Shown: one piece after another, positions 58,697-64,000 of the stretch | Position numbering within the stretch: position 1 is the first letter of the stretch | How the letters are laid out: every line of letters starts with the position of its first letter | NCBI GenBank assembly: GCA_034439915.1 | Contig: JAWXBI010000131.1 | Coordinates: forward strand, 701 to 64,700 | Direction: 5' to 3' | From: Saprospiraceae bacterium | GTDB taxonomy: Bacteria > Bacteroidota > Bacteroidia > Chitinophagales > Saprospiraceae | Length of the DNA stretch: 64,000 nt | The notes under the pieces: model-generated | The model's database searches: none | Told to the model about the DNA's origin: nothing | What the model saw: only the letters and a program-made list of their open reading frames with translations | Program-made: the position numbers and the translations under genes

Positions 58697-58704
58697 TATA
58701 TTTG
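58697..58704 (+). promoter_or_regulatory. Bacteroidota -7 promoter box for the dcw operon
   Basis: Exact TAnnTTTG ('TATATTTG') 20 nt upstream of the mraZ GTG start and immediately downstream of the MraZ boxes. Confidence 0.5.
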
Positions 58705-58723
58705 AAGTATAAACCAATAGAGA

Positions 58724-59203
58724 GTGTCCCGTTTTACAGGCGAATATCAGAGTACAATCGATGATAAAGGCAGGATAAAACTTCCAGCCAACCTGGTCAG
58801 GCAAATGACAGAACAGGGCATCGCTCTCCATTTTGTTTTAAACAGGGGCTTCGAAAAATGCCTGATGTTGTATCCCAAAATCGTATGGGACCAGAAAGCT
58901 TCTGAAGTAGACCGCCTGAATGTCTACGACCCCACCCAAAGGCAATTTATCCGATATTTTTACCGGGGTGCGACGCTGGTTACTGCAGATACCGCAGACC
59001 GGATATTGATTCCGAAAAATTTATTAGACCACGCAAATTTTGAAAAGGATATCATTCTGTTTGCCTATCTCAATCAAATCGAGTTATGGGATGCAAAAGG
59101 ATATTCTGCTGAACTGGCAAATGAGCCGGATCAGTTTTCCGAACTGGCAGCCCGGGTTTTTGGGAATGCCGGATCATTGACAGCAACTAATGTCAACGGT
59201 TAA
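58724..59203 (+). CDS. mraZ: transcriptional regulator MraZ
   Basis: 159 aa with a GTG start. Duplicated SpoVT/AbrB-like halves: 'FTGEYQSTIDDKGRIKLP' and 'DTADRILIPKNL'. Confidence 0.95.
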   Translation: MSRFTGEYQSTIDDKGRIKLPANLVRQMTEQGIALHFVLNRGFEKCLMLYPKIVWDQKASEVDRLNVYDPTQRQFIRYFYRGATLVTADTADRILIPKNLLDHANFEKDIILFAYLNQIELWDAKGYSAELANEPDQFSELAARVFGNAGSLTATNVNG

Positions 59204-60111
59204 TGACTTATCATGTACCCGCGATGGTGCAGGAAGTCCTGGATGGTTTAAAGATCAAGCCGGAAGGGATTTATGTGGATGTCACTTTTGGAGGAGGGGG
59301 ACATTCGAAAGCGATTCTCCAAAAATTAAATGCCAAAGGGCGTTTAATTGCATTTGACCAGGACGAAAATGCTTTTCAAAATCAGATTCAGGACGATCGA
59401 TTTTTACTGATCCAGTCAAATTTTAGGTATCTCAAAAGGTATCTCAAATTTTATGAGGTCACTGGAATTGATGGCTTGCTTGCAGATCTGGGAGTATCCT
59501 CCCATCAGCTGGACAAGCCTGAAAGGGGGTTTGCTTTTAAACATCAGGATATCAACCTGCCCCTGGACATGAGGATGAATCTTCAACAAAGCCGAACAGC
59601 AGCCGATGTATTGAATCAAACGAAGGCCTCCAGACTGGAAACCATATTTAAAGAGTATGGGGAAATCTGGAATGCCGCCAAACTGGTGAAAGCCATTGAA
59701 CAATACAAAGCCAGATCGCCAATACTTACCATCGGACAATTGGTGACGGTTGCGAGTGCTATGGCCATAGGGCCGGTACATCAATACCTGGCTAAAACTT
59801 TCCAGGCTTTAAGGATTGAAGTGAATGATGAACTGCTTGTATTGGAACAACTGCTGGAAGATTCGGTTGAATTGCTCAACCCCGGAGGACGATTAGTGGT
59901 GATCTCTTATCACTCTCTGGAAGACCGGCTGGTAAAGAGGATAATTCAGGCAGGTAATGTGAAAGGCATAACACGTCAGGATTCATTTGGTAATAAAATA
60001 AATAAACTGGTGGCTATATCAAAAAAAACGATCCAGCCATCTGAAGAAGAAATAAAAGAAAACTACAGGGTGCGCAGTGCCCGACTACGAATTGCCGAAA
60101 AGTTGGCATAA
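59203..60111 (+). CDS. rsmH: 16S rRNA (cytosine1402-N4)-methyltransferase
   Basis: 302 aa. 'HVPAMVQEVL', 'DVTFGGGGHS', 'DLGVSSHQLD', 'SYHSLEDR'. Its start overlaps the mraZ stop (TAATG). Confidence 0.97.
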   Translation: MTYHVPAMVQEVLDGLKIKPEGIYVDVTFGGGGHSKAILQKLNAKGRLIAFDQDENAFQNQIQDDRFLLIQSNFRYLKRYLKFYEVTGIDGLLADLGVSSHQLDKPERGFAFKHQDINLPLDMRMNLQQSRTAADVLNQTKASRLETIFKEYGEIWNAAKLVKAIEQYKARSPILTIGQLVTVASAMAIGPVHQYLAKTFQALRIEVNDELLVLEQLLEDSVELLNPGGRLVVISYHSLEDRLVKRIIQAGNVKGITRQDSFGNKINKLVAISKKTIQPSEEEIKENYRVRSARLRIAEKLA

Positions 60112-60197
60112 ACCACTGCAAAAAATCATACCGGCCCAAAGCAGGATTAGTTTTCTGTGGCGGGATTGGAATATTTTTTAATCGAAATGAAATTAAA

Positions 60198-60509
60198 ATG
60201 GAAGAAAGGTCTCAAAATAAGTCTCTACATCAATTCCTGGCTGGAGGATTAGTCCTGAAGAATCTTTCATTTATATATTTCACAGGGATCCTGGCTCTGT
60301 TTTATATCGCTAACGCACATCAGGCCGAGCGAAAGGTGCGTAAAATTCATCGTTTGCGGGATGAGGTAAAAGAACTGAGATGGCATTATATGTCATTCAG
60401 ATCCGAGTTTTTATTCTCCAGTTCTCCCACCCAATTGGCCAATGATGTCAAATCTATTGATTTGGGATATTACCACAAGTCGTCCACTAAAAAGCTGATC
60501 AAGAAGTAA
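60198..60509 (+). CDS. FtsL-like cell division protein
   Basis: 103 aa with a single TM helix ('LSFIYFTGILALFYIANA'), located between rsmH and ftsI. Confidence 0.75.
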   Translation: MEERSQNKSLHQFLAGGLVLKNLSFIYFTGILALFYIANAHQAERKVRKIHRLRDEVKELRWHYMSFRSEFLFSSSPTQLANDVKSIDLGYYHKSSTKKLIKK

Positions 60510-62602
60510 TGAAGGATGAAATCATCATACGGACCTACGTAATCTTCCTGCTTTTTGTCCTGGTCGGGTTTCTGATTTTGGGCAGGGCAGTCCAGATTGG
60601 AATTCTGGAAGGAGACAACTGGAGGTCCAGAGGTGACAGCTTGTATCTTAGGCACCAGCCCATTGAACCGGAAAGAGGAAATATATTATCCTCCGATGGA
60701 CGAATGTTGGTTACTTCACTTCCACTGTTTGAGGTCAGGATGGATTTATTGGCTATTCCTAAAGATAAGTTTGTCAAACAGCTCGATTCATTGGCCCTCT
60801 GTTTATCCAGGTATGTCAACCCAGCCTTATCGGAACGGGCATACCGGGACCTGATGTGGAGAGAGCGGCAGGCCGGAAACCGATATTTCCTGATCAAAGA
60901 TGAAGTGTCCTATAGCCAATTGGAGAGGATCAAAAAATTTCCGCTTTTCCGATTAGGAGGCAATAAAGGCGGGTTGATCATAGTCAAAAAATCAAGGAGG
61001 GAGCGCCCCTTCCGGTTGTTGGCTGCCAGGACCCTGGGTTCGGTAAGGGAAGGCGCTAAGCCGGTAGGATTGGAAGGATATTATGACGCGGTATTAGGAG
61101 GTGAAAAAGGGAGCCGGTTGGTTCAAAAAGTTTCCAAGGATATCTGGGTACCGGTCGACGACATCAGCGATTATGAGCCCAGAAGGGGACAAGATATAAT
61201 TACTCATATTGATATCGATGTACAGGACATTGCAGAACAGGCTTTGTATAAATCCATTGCTCATCATCAGGCTTTAGGGGGCACAGCGGTGGTGATGGAT
61301 GTTAAAACCGGGGCGATAAAAGCAATGGCCAACCTGGTCCGCTTTGGGGACGATATTGGCGAGTATTTTAATTATGCGGTCGGTTCCGCCACGGAGCCTG
61401 GATCCACCTTTAAACTGGCTTCTATGATGGCCTTACTGGAAGATGGTTATATAAGCCTTAACGACCGGGTCGATATTAAACATGGCGAAGTACAATTGTG
61501 CGGTAAAAAAGTAAAAGATTCAGAAAAGCACAACGTGGTCAACCCGACCTTAAAGCAAGTATTTGCCATGTCCTCCAATGTAGGGGTGGCTTTAACGGCG
61601 CAGAAATACTATGAAAAAAATGCCAAAAAATTTATAAAAAGGCTGGAACAGTTTGGTTTGAGTGAGCGCTCCGGAGTGGACCTCGAAGGTGAACCCAAAC
61701 CTTTTATCAAACAAGCTTATAATCTGGAACAAAACTGGAGTTGTACCTCGATACCCTGGATGGCACATGGATATGAATTGACCCTGACCCCACTCCAGAT
61801 GTTGACTTTTTACAATGCAGTAGCCAATAAAGGAAGGATGATGAAACCTCAATTGGTGCATCAAATCCTGGAGTATTCTGCCCCTATAAAGACTTTTAAA
61901 CCGCAGGTTTTGAAGGACCAGATATGTGGTGGATCGACACTGAAAATGGCTATGGAACTGCTAAAAAGTACTTCCGATACCGCAGGGACTGCCATAGCCT
62001 TGAAAAATAAATTGTATAAGGTAGCGGGTAAGACAGGTACTGCGGTCACCAATTATTTTAAAGGCGATATCAACGAAGGAAAAAAATACCAGGCGTCTTT
62101 TGCGGGATTTTTTCCGGCTGATGAACCGGTGTATTCCTGCATCGTAGTTATTTATGAGCCTTCAGCCAATGGCTTTTATGGAAGTTCTGCCGCTTTGCCC
62201 GTGTTTAAAGAAATTGCTGATTATTGTATTGCTTCCAAATTTATAATACCGGCTGATATGGCAGAGGTTCCTGCCGGTAAAGAACCAAATCAGATCCGGG
62301 CTGGTGGGTATTCTACTGATCTCCGCACCTTATTGCATTTCAGCGGCGTGCGATTTGATAATAATTGTATCAACGAATGGGCAATACTGCGCCCGGCAGA
62401 TAACAGACTGGAATTAACAGGCTTTAATGAAAAGGTGGATCTGATACCCGACGTGAGGGGTATGGGGCTCCGGGATGCCTTGTTCCTTCTGGAAAATAAA
62501 GGGCTGCGGGTAAGGTTGCAGGGACATGGAAGGGTAAGACACCAATCCATAGCCCCAGGGACTAAAATCCTGGGCCAGACGATTGAGTTAACGATGGGTT
62601 AG
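60509..62602 (+). CDS. ftsI: penicillin-binding protein (FtsI/PBP3-type transpeptidase with C-terminal PASTA domain)
   Basis: 697 aa. N-terminal TM helix; 'GSTFKL' (SxxK), 'SSN', 'KTGTA'. The C-terminal 'VPDVRGMGLRDALFLLENKGLRV' is PASTA-like. Confidence 0.93.
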   Translation: MKDEIIIRTYVIFLLFVLVGFLILGRAVQIGILEGDNWRSRGDSLYLRHQPIEPERGNILSSDGRMLVTSLPLFEVRMDLLAIPKDKFVKQLDSLALCLSRYVNPALSERAYRDLMWRERQAGNRYFLIKDEVSYSQLERIKKFPLFRLGGNKGGLIIVKKSRRERPFRLLAARTLGSVREGAKPVGLEGYYDAVLGGEKGSRLVQKVSKDIWVPVDDISDYEPRRGQDIITHIDIDVQDIAEQALYKSIAHHQALGGTAVVMDVKTGAIKAMANLVRFGDDIGEYFNYAVGSATEPGSTFKLASMMALLEDGYISLNDRVDIKHGEVQLCGKKVKDSEKHNVVNPTLKQVFAMSSNVGVALTAQKYYEKNAKKFIKRLEQFGLSERSGVDLEGEPKPFIKQAYNLEQNWSCTSIPWMAHGYELTLTPLQMLTFYNAVANKGRMMKPQLVHQILEYSAPIKTFKPQVLKDQICGGSTLKMAMELLKSTSDTAGTAIALKNKLYKVAGKTGTAVTNYFKGDINEGKKYQASFAGFFPADEPVYSCIVVIYEPSANGFYGSSAALPVFKEIADYCIASKFIIPADMAEVPAGKEPNQIRAGGYSTDLRTLLHFSGVRFDNNCINEWAILRPADNRLELTGFNEKVDLIPDVRGMGLRDALFLLENKGLRVRLQGHGRVRHQSIAPGTKILGQTIELTMG

Positions 62603-62606
62603 ATAT

Positions 62607-64000
62607 ATGAAATGGAGTGAATTAAAAAGTAAAATAAAGTTCTTTGACATAAATGGAAGCGCAGATTTTGAAGTAAAAGGTGTTGAGCTGGATTCCAGGA
62701 GAATTCAACCGGATTTTATCTTCATTGCACAAAAAGGATTGACCACAGATGGCCATCAGTTTATAAATCAGGCTATCAGTTCGGGAGCCAGAGCTGTTGT
62801 CTGTGAACAATGGCCCGGGCAGCTGGTGGAGGGTGTTGAATATATCTTATCCAATGAAACGGCAGAGTTGGCGGGTGAATTGGCCGGATTGTTTTATGAG
62901 TCCCCTTCACAAAAGCTCAGCCTGGTTGGGGTGACCGGCACCAATGGAAAAACAACAACCGTCACCTTGCTTTACCGGTTGGTTAAAGCCCTGGGTTATA
63001 AAGCGGGCTTATTGAGTACGATTCAAAATTTTATCCATGATGAAATCGTCCCGGCGACGCATACCACACCGGACGTGATCAGGATAAATGAATTGTTGAA
63101 CAGCATGGTAAAAGCCGGATGTGATTTTGCTTTTATGGAAGTCAGTTCCCATGCAATGAAACAAAAAAGGGTTGCTGGTTTACAGTTCAAAGGTGGAATA
63201 TTTACCAATATCACCCACGATCACCTCGATTACCATGGAAGTTTTAAGGACTATCTGTATTGTAAAAAATTATTTTTCGATCAATTGTCTTCTAACGCTT
63301 TTGCCATAATAAATAAGGACGACCGCAATGGTCCGGTGATGGTTCAGAATACCAAAGCAACAGTGATTAGCTATTCGCTGCAACAACTGGCTACGGTTAA
63401 AGGAAAGATCAAGGCGAATACTTTACAAGGGTTGTTGTTGGAGATCAATACCATTGAAGTTCATTTCAGGTTGATCGGTACATTCAATGCCTATAATTTA
63501 TTGGCCTGTTATGCTGCCGCGGTCAACCTGGGGTTTGATACCCTGGAAGTATTGACTGCCATGAGCGAGTTGCCCGCAGTCGATGGGAGGTTTGATACCT
63601 ACTATCATCCGGAACGAAAAGTGTTGGGTGTCGTCGATTATGCCCATACGCCGGATGCTTTGGCAAATGTACTGGACACCATTAAAGCATTAAAGTCACC
63701 AGATGCCAGGGTGTTTACGGTGGTTGGATGTGGTGGAGACCGGGACCGCACAAAAAGACCAGTGATGGCCGGGATTGCGATGAAGCAAAGCGACTGGGTC
63801 ATTTTAACCTCAGATAATCCCAGGACGGAAGATCCGGAAAAAATACTGGATGAGATGGCAGCGGGAGTTAGTGTGGTGGATCAGCAACGCTTTTTTAGAG
63901 TAGCTGACCGGAGGCAAGCCATAAAGCTGGCAGCCCAACTCGCTAACATACCCGGAGATATTATTCTCATTGCAGGCAAAGGCCACGAAACATATCAGGA
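62607..64000 (+). CDS. murE: UDP-N-acetylmuramoyl-L-alanyl-D-glutamate--2,6-diaminopimelate ligase (3'-truncated by the window end)
   Basis: My own translation from the ATG at 62607: 'MKWSELKSK...LVGVTGTNGKTTTV...TNITHDHLDYHG...GCGGDRDRTKRP...GKGHETYQ'. It has no stop before the window end and is not in the ORF track. Confidence 0.93.
   Translation, partial: MKWSELKSKIKFFDINGSADFEVKGVELDSRRIQPDFIFIAQKGLTTDGHQFINQAISSGARAVVCEQWPGQLVEGVEYILSNETAELAGELAGLFYESPSQKLSLVGVTGTNGKTTTVTLLYRLVKALGYKAGLLSTIQNFIHDEIVPATHTTPDVIRINELLNSMVKAGCDFAFMEVSSHAMKQKRVAGLQFKGGIFTNITHDHLDYHGSFKDYLYCKKLFFDQLSSNAFAIINKDDRNGPVMVQNTKATVISYSLQQLATVKGKIKANTLQGLLLEINTIEVHFRLIGTFNAYNLLACYAAAVNLGFDTLEVLTAMSELPAVDGRFDTYYHPERKVLGVVDYAHTPDALANVLDTIKALKSPDARVFTVVGCGGDRDRTKRPVMAGIAMKQSDWVILTSDNPRTEDPEKILDEMAAGVSVVDQQRFFRVADRRQAIKLAAQLANIPGDIILIAGKGHETYQ

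Overview
This window looks like a core chromosomal segment of a Bacteroidota genome. The evidence is a T9SS sprA, DUF1573, a TSP3-repeat OmpA, a fused E1 alpha/beta dehydrogenase, TAnnTTTG-type -7 boxes and almost no Shine-Dalgarno sequences. Gene order: xer-type recombinase, hpf, the conserved tRNA(Thr-Tyr-Gly-Thr)-tuf-tRNA(Trp)-secE-nusG-rplKAJL-rpoBC block, and RNase H1/TatD. Next come tRNA-Ser, an ExbB/ExbD cluster, a LytTR two-component pair and folE-fabD. Then follow housekeeping genes (YqgE, ABC-F, ribF, mrp, nifU-like, pyrF), two paralogous LolA-like lipoproteins and pntAB. The rest is uvrC fused into an operon with hydroxyproline-type catabolic genes, ruvA-sprA, an OmpR-type two-component pair, an M1 peptidase, and the start of the dcw cluster (mraZ-rsmH-ftsL-ftsI-murE, truncated at the window end). 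I found no CRISPR array, rRNA, prophage, defence island or clearly novel multi-gene system. Nearly all long ORFs are recognisable housekeeping genes, and most extra ORFs in the track are antisense shadows. The leads worth a second look are all non-coding. (1) A 176-bp palindromic MITE-like element with 9-bp direct-repeat flanks just upstream of the E1 dehydrogenase gene. (2) An unexplained 516-bp ORF-free convergent spacer bracketed by an 11-bp direct repeat. (3) A textbook-like triple MraZ box overlapping an exact -7 promoter element. (4) A two-component pair split by a 197-bp AT-rich spacer carrying direct repeats at 19-bp spacing. (5) Several structured intergenic elements (rplK-rplA, rplL-rpoB, upstream of pntA, downstream of pntB). 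All coordinates of RNA genes, hairpins and repeats were derived by hand from the sequence and should be confirmed computationally.
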